Made by a program: the position numbers and the translations under genes | Shown here: piece by piece, positions 27,007 to 36,916 of the stretch | Layout of the letters: each line of letters starts with the position of its first letter | How positions within the stretch are numbered: position 1 is the first letter of the stretch | Source of the DNA: an uncultured Desulfospira sp. | GTDB taxonomy: Bacteria > Desulfobacterota > Desulfobacteria > Desulfobacterales > Desulfobacteraceae | Reading direction: 5' to 3' | Assembly: GCA_963663165.1 (NCBI GenBank) | Contig: OY760175.1 | Location: forward strand, 4,608,001-4,672,000 | Length of the DNA: 64,000 nt | Notes under the pieces: model-generated | The model's database searches: none | What the model was told of the DNA's origin: nothing | What the model saw: only the letters and a program-made list of their open reading frames with translations

Positions 27007-28743
27007 GTGCAAATGTTGAAAAAATTGACCATTAAACACCGCATGTATTTGATCTTAATTCTGATTGTCCTGATGTTTGGGGTCATGGTCTATTTTTCCA
27101 TGGCAAACAGCAATAAGATCCGGGATCTTGCCCTGGTGAATACGGGCGCTGTTATGCTGGAAGGGCAGAAGGGGAAATTGAAGCTGGCGGTTGAATCCCT
27201 GGCCGTGGCCATAGGGAAAAGTGTTGAAAATATAAGCGATCATGATGAGCGGGTTGAAAAAATCAGAAAAGAGCTTGATGATATCCGGTATGAAGAAGAT
27301 AAGTCCGGTTACTTCTTTGTTTACCAGGAAACAAAAAATATTGCCTACCCGGTGGCCAAAGAAAAAGAAGGCAAGGATTTTTACGAGGTCAAAGACAAGA
27401 ACGGGGTCTATGTGATCCGGGAGTTGTATAAACAGGCCAAGGCCGGGGGCGGATATGTTACTTACATCTGGCCTAAGCCGGGCACGGGGGACGCCCCTAA
27501 ATTAAGCTACTCCGTATGGATACCCGGAACAAAATTCTGGATTGGCACCGGGGTCTATATTGATAACATAGACACTCAGAAGGCGGCTTTGAGCAATGAA
27601 ATCGGCGGCCGCGCAAAATCCATGCTCATGGGAATGATCGGGATTTCAGGCATTATTTTTGTCATCATTATTGCCCTGGTTGTTTTGATCGTCGTCGGGA
27701 TTTCCCGGGGGCTGTGGCAAATGATAGAAAATGTGAAGGATATTGCCCAGGGCGAGGGGGATTTAACCAAGCGGCTCAAGATAAAGTCCGGGGACGAGCT
27801 CGGCGAACTGGCCAAGTGGTTTAATACGTTTCTGGACAAGCTTCAGGATATCATCCGGCAACTGGCCAAAGAATCAGCCGGCGTTGGCCAGGCATCTACT
27901 CAATTGAGTGAAATTGCCGAGGTAATGACCAAAAGTATCCAGGAGACATCCAGCCAGGCAGACCGGGTGGCCCAGTCTACAGAAGAGATGAGCGGCACTT
28001 TAAGGAGTGTGGCGGCGGCCATGGATGAATCCTCAAACAACGCCAATATTGTCGCCTCTGCATCCGAGGAAATGAATTCAACCATTGGTGAGATCTCCTC
28101 AAATGCGGAAAAAACCAGGGCAATTTCAGAAGATGCCGCCAATAAAACCATTGAGGCCGGTGAAAAAATGGAATCTCTGAACGAAGCGGCCAGATCCATC
28201 GGACAGATTACCGAAACCATCACCGATATATCCAATCAGACCAACCTGCTGGCCCTTAACGCCACCATTGAGGCGGCCAGGGCCGGGGAAGCCGGAAAGG
28301 GGTTTGCGGTTGTTGCCGGGGAAATTAAAGACCTGGCCAACCAGACTGCCAATGCCACAGAGGATATCAAGGCCCAGATTGAGAATGTGCAGAATGTGTC
28401 CACCTCTTCCATTCAGTCCATTAAAGAAGTCATTAATGTTATTAACAGTGCCAAGGAAATGGTGTCAACCATTGCGGCCGCCGTTTCACAGCAGTCGTCG
28501 GCAACTCAGGAGATTTCCAGCAATATTGAACAGCTTTCCCTTGGGATCCAGGAGGTCAATGAGAATGTGGGCCGAAGCTCTGAGGTGTCTACCCAGATTT
28601 CTGAAGAAATTGACCGGATTAATGCTTCGTCTACGGAGATGCTCAACACCAGCGCCACCGTCAAAAATTCCTCAGCTGAAATGAGTGCGCTTGCGGAAAA
28701 CCTTAAAAAGATTGTGGATTCATTCATTATTGAGTCAAAATAG
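27007..28743 (+). CDS. Methyl-accepting chemotaxis protein with Cache and HAMP domains
   Basis: YIWPKPG...[49 protein letters not shown]. Confidence 0.95.
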   Translation: MQMLKKLTIKHRMYLILILIVLMFGVMVYFSMANSNKIRDLALVNTGAVMLEGQKGKLKLAVESLAVAIGKSVENISDHDERVEKIRKELDDIRYEEDKSGYFFVYQETKNIAYPVAKEKEGKDFYEVKDKNGVYVIRELYKQAKAGGGYVTYIWPKPGTGDAPKLSYSVWIPGTKFWIGTGVYIDNIDTQKAALSNEIGGRAKSMLMGMIGISGIIFVIIIALVVLIVVGISRGLWQMIENVKDIAQGEGDLTKRLKIKSGDELGELAKWFNTFLDKLQDIIRQLAKESAGVGQASTQLSEIAEVMTKSIQETSSQADRVAQSTEEMSGTLRSVAAAMDESSNNANIVASASEEMNSTIGEISSNAEKTRAISEDAANKTIEAGEKMESLNEAARSIGQITETITDISNQTNLLALNATIEAARAGEAGKGFAVVAGEIKDLANQTANATEDIKAQIENVQNVSTSSIQSIKEVINVINSAKEMVSTIAAAVSQQSSATQEISSNIEQLSLGIQEVNENVGRSSEVSTQISEEIDRINASSTEMLNTSATVKNSSAEMSALAENLKKIVDSFIIESK

Positions 28744-28899
28744 CGTTTAATTCCCACAGGCCTTTGGCCGGCGGCTTGTTTTTTTGGTGAAATCCAGGGA
28801 TTTTGGTTTACTTGAGTGGCTATAAATGGTAAAAATTTCCAAGATTTATATGGTGGATTGCGAAAGCCAGGTACTCAAGCTCAATGAGGTGAATTTATT

Positions 28900-29055
28900 A
28901 TGGATATCCCAAGGAAATTAGGCATCTTGATTTACACGGCGGTTCCGGCCATTGTGGGCGGGGGCATTGTATATCATTTTTTTGGCAGTTTTGTTCAGGT
29001 CATTATTTTTGAAGTCCTTTTGATTCTGGCTGCGTTAGGTGTCATCAGCAGCTAA
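28900..29055 (+). CDS. Small 51-aa two-helix membrane protein
   Basis: GAGGTG Shine-Dalgarno; MDIPRKLGILIYTAVPAIVGGGIVYHFFGSFVQVIIFEVLLILAALGVISS; below the ORF-track length cutoff. Confidence 0.65.
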   Translation: MDIPRKLGILIYTAVPAIVGGGIVYHFFGSFVQVIIFEVLLILAALGVISS

Positions 29056-29188
29056 ACGCCGGACGACAGGACATTCAACTTTATTCTAAAGCTTATGTGA
29101 AGCCGTATCTGTGCAGGCTGTCTGCACGTTACGGCTTTGCATGGTTTTTTGCCTTAAGGGTTTTTCACCCTATGCCAGTGGTGACAGT

Positions 29189-30340
29189 TTGGAAGAAAAA
29201 CAGAATATTATAAAAAGAGCGGTATTTTTCTTTTTTCTGGTTCTGTTTTGCATATCCATTCTTCTGGTGGGCAAACTGATTGCCCCATTTTTTGCCAGTA
29301 TTATCCTGGGGGTCGTCACCACGGGTATTTTTATGCCGGTTTTCGGCAAGTTCAGGAAACGGATTTCTTCCAGGGCCGCTGCCGTACTCACGTGTTTGAT
29401 CATCTTTTTTACAGTGTTTATTCCGGCATTGTTTTTTGTGGGGGTTCTGTCAAGAGAGGCCTTAGGCCTTTACAGCATGGCCCGGGATGCCGTTTTTTCC
29501 AAACAGCTGATTGACCTTTTGGAAAATACCAAGGCCCTGGTGAAGCTCAATGAACTGTTATTACAGGCCGGGATTGAACAGACCATCTCCTGGAACGAAC
29601 TTATTGAGCCCATATCGGAGGTAGGGAAGGTGGTGGGATTTTCCCTGTTTCAGCAGGCCAAGTTCGTAACCTCCAACCTGCTGGGCCTGGTGTTTTATTT
29701 TTGCCTGATGATCATTGTCTGTTTTTACATGTTTATGGATGGAGAAAAATTTAAATTGTATTTGTATGACCTGTCCCCTCTCCAGGATGAACATGACCAG
29801 CAGTTGTTCAACAAGTTCAATGATATGGCCGGCGCCGTCCTCATTGGAAACGGACTGGGCGGTGTGATCCAGGGCGTTGCCGGGGGATTGCTGTTTTGGT
29901 TTCTCGGGCTGAATTCCCCGTTTTTATGGGGGGTGATCATGGGGTTTCTGGCCTTTCTGCCCATTGTGGGCATCGGGGTGGTGTTGATCCCGACGGCCAT
30001 ATTTTTTATTTTGAAAAAACATATTGTGATGGGTGTTTTTGTCTTTGTCTTTTACGGGGTCCTTTCCTGGGGCGTAGAGTATATTTTTAAACCCAAACTG
30101 GTGGGGGACCGGGTGGCCATGCATCCCCTGGTGGTCTTTTTTGCCATTATCGGGGGGCTGAAAATTTACGGAATTTTAGGCATTATTTATGGCCCGCTGA
30201 TTGCCACCCTGTTTTTGACCCTGGCCGATATTTATTTTTCAACCTTTCAGTCCATGGTTGAACCGGCCAAACAGATCGGTCATCAAAAAGAAAATCATTC
30301 AGTAGAATTAATCAAGTCCGACAAGGGACTATCAAATTAA
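29189..30340 (+). CDS. AI-2E family transporter
   Basis: Multi-TM; FLPIVG; KPKLVG...HPLVVFFAIIGG...GIIYGPL; start uncertain (TTG 29189 chosen). Confidence 0.88.
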   Translation: MEEKQNIIKRAVFFFFLVLFCISILLVGKLIAPFFASIILGVVTTGIFMPVFGKFRKRISSRAAAVLTCLIIFFTVFIPALFFVGVLSREALGLYSMARDAVFSKQLIDLLENTKALVKLNELLLQAGIEQTISWNELIEPISEVGKVVGFSLFQQAKFVTSNLLGLVFYFCLMIIVCFYMFMDGEKFKLYLYDLSPLQDEHDQQLFNKFNDMAGAVLIGNGLGGVIQGVAGGLLFWFLGLNSPFLWGVIMGFLAFLPIVGIGVVLIPTAIFFILKKHIVMGVFVFVFYGVLSWGVEYIFKPKLVGDRVAMHPLVVFFAIIGGLKIYGILGIIYGPLIATLFLTLADIYFSTFQSMVEPAKQIGHQKENHSVELIKSDKGLSN

Positions 30341-30358
30341 TCTGGAGTAAAAAGTTCA

Positions 30359-32839
30359 ATGAGTGAGAGCCATGTAACCAGCATCGAGAAGGAAATGAAA
30401 CAGTCCTATCTCGAATATGCCATGAGCGTGATCATCGGACGGGCGCTGCCCGATGTCAGGGACGGCTTGAAACCGGTTCACCGGCGGGTGCTGTATGCCA
30501 TGCAGCAGCTGCGCAATGACTGGAACAAACCCTATAAAAAGTCTGCCCGTATTGTGGGTGACGTGATTGGTAAATATCATCCCCACGGGGATTCTGCCGT
30601 CTATGACACCATTGTCCGGATGGCCCAGGATTTTTCGTTACGGTACACCTTAGTGGACGGCCAGGGCAACTTCGGGTCTGTGGACGGGGACTCGCCGGCG
30701 GCCATGAGGTACACGGAAATCCGGATGAGCAAACTCGCCCATCAGATGCTGGCGGATCTTGAAAAAGAAACCGTTGATTTTCTCCCCAATTACGATGAAA
30801 CCCTGGAGGAACCGGCGGTACTGCCCACCAAATTCCCAGCCCTGCTGGTGAACGGCTCTTCCGGTATTGCCGTAGGCATGACCACCAATATCCCGCCCCA
30901 TAATGTCAATGAAGTCATAAACGGTTTAAAGGCCCTGATTGATCAGCCGGACATGGGGATCAGAGATCTCATGGCGTATATCCCGGGGCCTGATTTCCCC
31001 ACATACGGCCATATCTACGGGACCAAGGGGATTTATGAAGCCTACAACTCCGGCCGGGGCATCATTACCTTAAGGGCAAAGACCGAAGTCGAAGAAAATA
31101 AAAAAACCGGCCGGGATACCATTGTGGTGACCGAGCTGCCCTACCAGGTTAACAAGGCCAAGTTAGTGGAAAAAATTGCTGAGCTGATCCGTGAAAAGGT
31201 GATCACGGGCGCTTCTTATGTCAGGGATGAATCCGACCGCCAGGGCATGCGCGTTGCCATCGGCCTTAAGCGGGACCAGTTTCCGGAAGTGGTGATCAAT
31301 CAGCTGTATAAACATACCAACATGCAGACCAGTTTCGGTATTATCTTCCTGGCCGTGGTCAACAACCGGCCGGAGCTGCTTACGCTTAAAGACATTCTTA
31401 ACCACTTTATCGAGCACCGGAAAACCGTTATTCTGCGGCGGACCCGGTATGACCTGAACAAAGCCGAGGAACGGGCCCACATCCTGGAAGGGCTCAAGAT
31501 CGCCCTGGACAACCTCGATGAGGTGGTGGCCCTGATCCGGGCGTCCAATTCTCCGGAGGAAGCCAGGGAAGGCTTGGTGAAAACCTTTAACTTGAGTGTG
31601 ATCCAGGCCCAGGCCATTCTGGACATGCGGCTTCAAAGGCTTACCGGCCTGGAAAGGGAAAAGATCACCCTGGAATACGAAGAGCTGCTCAAGTCCATTG
31701 CCTGGTTCAAGGAAATTCTTTCCAGTGAAGCCGTGGTCCGTGGCCTGATAAAAGATGAACTCAATGAATTTTCAGAAGAATTCGGGGATGAACGGCGGAC
31801 CCGGATTATGGAGACCACCGCCGATATCAGCATGGAAGACCTGATTGCTGAAGAAGACATGGTGGTCACCGTTACCCGAAGCGGTTATATTAAACGCAAT
31901 CCCGTGTCCCTTTATGCCAGCCAGCACCGGGGCGGCAAGGGCAAAACCGCCATGGGAACCAAATCCGATGATTTTGTGGAACATCTGTTTGTGGCCTCTA
32001 CCCACGCCACGTTCCTGTTCATCACCAACTTCGGAAAGGTGTATCAGTCCAAGGTGTATGAGCTTCCCATGGCCAGCCGGTCCAGCCTTGGCAAGGCCAT
32101 TGTCAACCTGCTCAACTTTGACGAAGGGGAGAAACTGGCCACGGTCCTGAGCGTGGACGAGTTTACGGAAAACCGTTTCGTTGTCATGGCCACCAACCAG
32201 GGGCGGGTCAAGAAAACCGATCTCATGGCTTATTCCAGACCCCGGTCCGGCGGACTTATCGGGGTAAAACTCGCCGACGGGGATGAACTGATATCGGCCC
32301 GGATTACCGACGGGAGCATGGACATTTTTCTGGGCAGTGAAGGCGGCAAGGTGATTCGGTTTAACGAGTCTGAAGTCCGGCCCATGGGAAGGGATTCCAT
32401 GGGGGTCAGGGGCATGCGGATTGACAAGGGCCACCGGGTGGTGGGCATGGAAGTTTTAGAAGAGGAACAGACCCTCTTAACCGTAACAGAAAACGGTTAT
32501 GGAAAGCGGTCCCTGGTTGAAGAGTACAGAAGCCAGGCCCGGGGCGGGAAAGGCGTGTTCTCCATTAAAACCTCTGAACGGAACGGAAAGATGGTTTCCC
32601 TTGCCCTGGTGGATGACAATGATGAACTGATGATGGTGACGGATAAGGGAAAACTGATCCGGACAGCCATTGGAGGCATCAACGTGATTTCAAGAAACAC
32701 CCAGGGGGTAAAACTCATTAACCTGAGTCAGGGCGAGACCCTGATCGGCATTGCCCGGCTTCCCGAGGAGAATGGGGAAGACGACGGCGATCCGGGTGAA
32801 ACCGATGAACCCGAAACAGGAGAAGAATCCGCCTCATAA
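30359..32839 (+). CDS. gyrA: DNA gyrase subunit A
   Basis: [33 protein letters not shown], GyrA-box QHRGGKG. Confidence 0.98.
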   Translation: MSESHVTSIEKEMKQSYLEYAMSVIIGRALPDVRDGLKPVHRRVLYAMQQLRNDWNKPYKKSARIVGDVIGKYHPHGDSAVYDTIVRMAQDFSLRYTLVDGQGNFGSVDGDSPAAMRYTEIRMSKLAHQMLADLEKETVDFLPNYDETLEEPAVLPTKFPALLVNGSSGIAVGMTTNIPPHNVNEVINGLKALIDQPDMGIRDLMAYIPGPDFPTYGHIYGTKGIYEAYNSGRGIITLRAKTEVEENKKTGRDTIVVTELPYQVNKAKLVEKIAELIREKVITGASYVRDESDRQGMRVAIGLKRDQFPEVVINQLYKHTNMQTSFGIIFLAVVNNRPELLTLKDILNHFIEHRKTVILRRTRYDLNKAEERAHILEGLKIALDNLDEVVALIRASNSPEEAREGLVKTFNLSVIQAQAILDMRLQRLTGLEREKITLEYEELLKSIAWFKEILSSEAVVRGLIKDELNEFSEEFGDERRTRIMETTADISMEDLIAEEDMVVTVTRSGYIKRNPVSLYASQHRGGKGKTAMGTKSDDFVEHLFVASTHATFLFITNFGKVYQSKVYELPMASRSSLGKAIVNLLNFDEGEKLATVLSVDEFTENRFVVMATNQGRVKKTDLMAYSRPRSGGLIGVKLADGDELISARITDGSMDIFLGSEGGKVIRFNESEVRPMGRDSMGVRGMRIDKGHRVVGMEVLEEEQTLLTVTENGYGKRSLVEEYRSQARGGKGVFSIKTSERNGKMVSLALVDDNDELMMVTDKGKLIRTAIGGINVISRNTQGVKLINLSQGETLIGIARLPEENGEDDGDPGETDEPETGEESAS

Positions 32840-33539
32840 AGGGCAAGGGCATCGCAAACGGCTCAGGGAGCGGTTTCTAAAAAACGGCCTGGCCGGTTTC
32901 CACGATTATGAGGTCATTGAATTTTTACTGACCTTGAATACGCCCGTGAAAGACTGCAAGGGCATGGCCAAGGAGCTGCTTAAAACCTTTAAGAGCTTCC
33001 AGGGCGTTCTTGAGGCGGATCTGGACGATTTATGCCGGGTATCCGGCGTCGGTCCGGTCAATTCCATTGGCATCCGCCTGGTCAAAGCTGCAGCAGACCG
33101 GTATTTACAGGCCAGGGTGGTTTCCCGTGACGTGGTCAGCCGGCCTGACGATCTTTTAGATTATTTGAATCATACCATCGGGTTCAAGGGCAGGGAGGTT
33201 TTTGTGGGCCTGTTTCTGGATGCCCGGAACCGGGTCCTGGCCAGTGAAACCTTATTTGAAGGAACATTGACAACCAGTTCGGTCTATCCCAGAGAGGTGG
33301 TGATCCGGGCATTGCAGCACCAGGCAGCGGCCGTGATTTTCGCCCACAACCACCCGTCAGGGGATGTTCAGCCGTCAAAAAGTGATATACAGATCACCCG
33401 GACCCTGTGTTTTGCCCTCAATTATGTCGGCATAAGGGTCCATGAACATTTGATTATCGGCAGCCGGGGATATTACAGTTTTGCCGCAGAACAATTAATT
33501 GCCGGATTCAACAAGGAATTTTACAAGGACAATGAGTGA
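32805..33539 (+). CDS. radC: RadC (JAB-domain) family protein
   Basis: [10 protein letters not shown], Hh[27 protein letters not shown]. Confidence 0.92.
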   Translation: MNPKQEKNPPHKGQGHRKRLRERFLKNGLAGFHDYEVIEFLLTLNTPVKDCKGMAKELLKTFKSFQGVLEADLDDLCRVSGVGPVNSIGIRLVKAAADRYLQARVVSRDVVSRPDDLLDYLNHTIGFKGREVFVGLFLDARNRVLASETLFEGTLTTSSVYPREVVIRALQHQAAAVIFAHNHPSGDVQPSKSDIQITRTLCFALNYVGIRVHEHLIIGSRGYYSFAAEQLIAGFNKEFYKDNE

Positions 33540-33804
33540 GCAAAAGGATCTGCCGCCCTGTTTTGGAAATCTTGAAAAAGTGTTTCCCATGACCGAATCC
33601 GGTCTTCGCCAGACACCGGATGACTGTTTTTTCCACTGTCCGGTGAAAACCCGGTGCTTAAAGCAGGCCATGGCCGGAAAACAGGGCGCCAAAGTAGAAG
33701 AAGAAGTCATTGAGAGAAGCGATAAGGCAGGGCTTATCTCCTTTTTTGAACGGTGGTCCCGGAAAAAACAGGTCCACAAGAAAAGGATGAAGGATGAGGG
33801 ATGA
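33532..33804 (+). CDS. Small hypothetical protein with four Cys
   Basis: [12 protein letters not shown]...DDCFFHCPVKTRCLK; AAGGA Shine-Dalgarno; overlaps the radC stop. Confidence 0.7.
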   Translation: MSEQKDLPPCFGNLEKVFPMTESGLRQTPDDCFFHCPVKTRCLKQAMAGKQGAKVEEEVIERSDKAGLISFFERWSRKKQVHKKRMKDEG

Positions 33805-33816
33805 ATTGAAAGGGGA

Positions 33817-33851
33817 CAGCTAACAGCTAATGGCTAACAGCTAACAGCTAA
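33817..33851 (+). repeat. GCTAANN heptamer array
   Basis: gctaaca gctaatg gctaaca gctaaca gctaa, just before the pgk Shine-Dalgarno. Confidence 0.85.
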
Positions 33852-33871
33852 ATAATAAAGGAGTTTATAAA

Positions 33872-35047
33872 ATGAAATCAGTCAGGGATGTTGATGTTAA
33901 CGGCAAGAGGGTGTTTGTCCGGGTGGATTACAACCTGCCCATGGATCAGGATTGCCATATTACCGATGATAACCGGATCAGGGCGACCCTGGATCTGGTT
34001 CAATATTTGATCGGACAGGGGGCCCGGATTATTCTGGCGTCCCATCTCGGGCGCCCCAAACAGGGGCCTGAAAAAAAATTCAGCTTGGCGCCCGCAGCGG
34101 TAAGGTTGTCTGAACTGATTGGCCAGGAGGTTGCTTTTGCAGACGATTGCGTGGGGGCGTCTGTTGAGAAAAAGGTTGAGGCACTGGGCAACGGCCAGGT
34201 GCTGATGCTGGAGAATTTACGGTTTTATAAAGAAGAAAAAAGCAATGATCCCGGATTTGCCCAGAAGTTGGCCGGCCTTTGCGATGTTTATGTCAATAAC
34301 GCCTTTGCCGTTTCCCACAGGGACCAGGCATCGGTGACCGGCATTGTCAAGTTCGCTCCGGTCAGCTGTGCCGGCTTTTTGCTGGAAAAGGAACTGGACG
34401 CCTACGCCAATTGTGTTGAAACGCCTAAAAGACCGCTGGTAGCGGTTATTGGCGGTGCGAAAGTGTCCGGTAAACTGGATGCCATCGAAAATATGCTCAA
34501 ACTGGTGGACAAACTGATCATTGGCGGGGCCATGGCCAACACCTTTCTCAAGTCCCAGGGGGTGGATACCAAGGGGTCCATGATTGAAGAGGACCTGGTG
34601 GAAACGGCGGCCTCCATTGTAAAACAGGCCAGGGAAAAGGGAATCGAGCTGTTGCTGCCAACGGATCTGGTGGCGGCGGATAAGTTTGATGCCAAGGCCG
34701 AGTCAAAAACCGTAACCCTGGATCAGGTCCCTGACAACTGGATGATTCTGGATATCGGCCCTGAAACTGCGGCCCTTTACGCCGATGCCCTTAAACAGGC
34801 CGGCACCATTGTCTGGAACGGCCCCATGGGCGTATTCGAAATGACGCCCTTTATGGCCGGGACAAAAGCTGTGGCCGACGCCATTGCCGCTTCGCCGGGA
34901 TTTTCCGTTGTGGGCGGCGGCGATACCGGGCTTGCGGCAAAGGTTTGCGGAGTAGCCGATAAAATCGGATATATTTCCACAGGAGGCGGGGCATTCCTTC
35001 ATCTCATGGAGGGCAAACAACTGCCAGGCGCCGCTGTCTTGGAATAA
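33872..35047 (+). CDS. pgk: Phosphoglycerate kinase
   Basis: RVDYNLP, SHLGRP, LENLRF, GGAKVS, WNGPMG, STGGGA. Confidence 0.98.
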   Translation: MKSVRDVDVNGKRVFVRVDYNLPMDQDCHITDDNRIRATLDLVQYLIGQGARIILASHLGRPKQGPEKKFSLAPAAVRLSELIGQEVAFADDCVGASVEKKVEALGNGQVLMLENLRFYKEEKSNDPGFAQKLAGLCDVYVNNAFAVSHRDQASVTGIVKFAPVSCAGFLLEKELDAYANCVETPKRPLVAVIGGAKVSGKLDAIENMLKLVDKLIIGGAMANTFLKSQGVDTKGSMIEEDLVETAASIVKQAREKGIELLLPTDLVAADKFDAKAESKTVTLDQVPDNWMILDIGPETAALYADALKQAGTIVWNGPMGVFEMTPFMAGTKAVADAIAASPGFSVVGGGDTGLAAKVCGVADKIGYISTGGGAFLHLMEGKQLPGAAVLE

Positions 35048-35140
35048 AATTCATGGAATTTAAAGCTTTTAGCTGTTCGTTTTCCTTGCCAACAGCTAAA
35101 AGCTAACGGCTAACAGCTTTGTAAAGGGGGGCAAAATAAG

Positions 35141-36196
35141 GTGGATTATTTCATGCAAAGAGATTTTCTCAGCAGGGAAGCCAAATTGAGAAGATCCTAC
35201 TATGAAGTCCTCAGGGATGAGCTTGATCAGTTTGTCATCGGATATGCGCTGATTGGATCTTACAACAATTTTTTGCGCCTTAAGACCCCTTACCCCTTTG
35301 TGGAACTCAGAGAACTCAAACCCAGGGCCAGAATTCCTTCTGTGGAGTTTGATGCCCAGAATTCGTTTCTGATTATTTTCAGTGAAGACTATATCGGCGA
35401 GCAGCACAAAAAGTATATCCGGTATTTTGATGCCAACAAGACCACGAAAACCAATCTGCTCAGGCATAAATATTTCCCCAATGTGGAAAATTTCAACCGG
35501 AACATGACCTTTTTTGAGACCGCTGATTTTTTCTCTTTGCTCAGGTCTTTGCTGCCCGTGGACTACGCCCTTTTAATTCAGAGAAACCCGAGAGCCAAGG
35601 TCCAGTATGCCCTGACCCATTTCCACGTCCGGGTGGACTGGCCCATTGCTGATGCCTCGGAGCAGCTGGCCAAATCCCTGCGGTACATTTCCAAGGAATT
35701 GTATGAAAAAGGGGATAAATACGCCGAAGATCTTCAAAAAAAGCTTTTTGAGTATTACGGGGTTCCGGTAATGTCCGGGGGGCGGCGAACCGCTGCCATT
35801 GTGGCGGCCCAATATTTCAGACAGTTCAAGGGCATTACCACGATCTATGTGTCCTCAAGCGAATCCAGAAATCTGTTAAAAATTGATGAAAACGGGGTGA
35901 CTAAGGCTATTTTGGTCAAACTGTCCGTTGAGAAGATCAAGGAGTTGGCCAAGTTCGCAGATATTACCCAGAATTCGTTTACCAAAAATTATGTGGTGGC
36001 CCGGCATGGCCGCTCCTATGTCTGCATATTGAACGTTCGGTATGATCACACCAGCCATGGCCAGCCTTCAGAAGGCGGGCGCCTCAGAGAACTCAAGGCC
36101 GATGCCAACCTGCTGACCGTGGCCCAGGAGCATATCCTTCCCAAACCCTCGGTCAATCATCATGCCCCGATCCCCTATAAAATGATTTATGTATAG
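35141..36196 (+). CDS. Hypothetical protein (351 aa), no recognisable domain
   Basis: Long ORF co-oriented with pgk; start may be GTG 35141 or ATG 35153. Confidence 0.75.
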   Translation: MDYFMQRDFLSREAKLRRSYYEVLRDELDQFVIGYALIGSYNNFLRLKTPYPFVELRELKPRARIPSVEFDAQNSFLIIFSEDYIGEQHKKYIRYFDANKTTKTNLLRHKYFPNVENFNRNMTFFETADFFSLLRSLLPVDYALLIQRNPRAKVQYALTHFHVRVDWPIADASEQLAKSLRYISKELYEKGDKYAEDLQKKLFEYYGVPVMSGGRRTAAIVAAQYFRQFKGITTIYVSSSESRNLLKIDENGVTKAILVKLSVEKIKELAKFADITQNSFTKNYVVARHGRSYVCILNVRYDHTSHGQPSEGGRLRELKADANLLTVAQEHILPKPSVNHHAPIPYKMIYV

Positions 36197-36197
36197 G

Positions 36198-36305
36198 GTA
36201 ACTGTCCATCAGTGCCCCATCTTCGCTCATTCAGGCCTTCTCACATAGCAAAAGTATGCTACGAAGACCTGACTAAACAAATATGAAGCACTGATGAACA
36301 GCTAC
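36198..36305. mobile_element. ~108-bp palindromic MITE/REP-like element
   Basis: GTAACTGTCCATCAGTGC / GCACTGATGAACAGCTAC inverted termini, followed by two extra GCTGAA(C/T)AG(T/C)TAC end copies. Confidence 0.65.
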
Positions 36306-36443
36306 GGCCCCTGGTTTCTGCTTGTTTTTCAGCATTAGCTGAACAGTTACGCTTATTTTTCAGTATTAGCTGAATAGCTACTGTTCAAACACGGGTTTTC
36401 GTTCAGACACTAGATAGCCTAAACCCCTTCAGTCTAAAAGCCT

Positions 36444-36914
36444 TCAGTCTTCAGCCGGCGTAAGCATTTTGAGCATGGCGGTTTCATCACAATTGGGAAA
36501 ATTGGGACAGGCAATGCAGTCGGACCAGATTTTGATGGGGAGTTCGCTTTTCTGTATAATGGAAAATCCAAACTGCTCAAAAAAAGTGGGGCGGTAGGTC
36601 AGGGTAAACAGTTTTTTAACTTTAAAATACAGGGCTTCCTGGATACACCGTTCGGTCAGGGTGGACCCTATCCCTTTGCTGGTGAATCCCGGGGCAACAG
36701 CCAGAGACCGGATTTCAGCCAGATCCTCCCAGCAGAACTGGAGGCCGCAGCAGCCCACGATTTTGTGGGTTTCCGGATCTTGGTATACCCAGAAATCCCT
36801 GAGGTGGTCGTAAAGGATGCTCAACGGGCGGGCCAGGAGTTCCTCTTTTCTGGCGTACAATTGCAGCAGGCCGTGTATGGCATTGACATCTTCCAGCAAG
36901 GCTTTTCGTATCAT
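36444..36914 (-). CDS. GNAT N-acetyltransferase (short ArgA-like amino-acid acetyltransferase)
   Basis: WEDLAEIRSLAV...GIGSTL...LFTLTY...KIWSDCIACPNFPNCDETAM. Confidence 0.85.
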   Translation of the reverse strand: MIRKALLEDVNAIHGLLQLYARKEELLARPLSILYDHLRDFWVYQDPETHKIVGCCGLQFCWEDLAEIRSLAVAPGFTSKGIGSTLTERCIQEALYFKVKKLFTLTYRPTFFEQFGFSIIQKSELPIKIWSDCIACPNFPNCDETAMLKMLTPAED

Positions 36915-36916
36915 TT

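Noticed and set aside
30359..32839. parC identity or significance of gyrA without gyrB
   Set aside because: GyrA-box present; split gyrA/gyrB is common.
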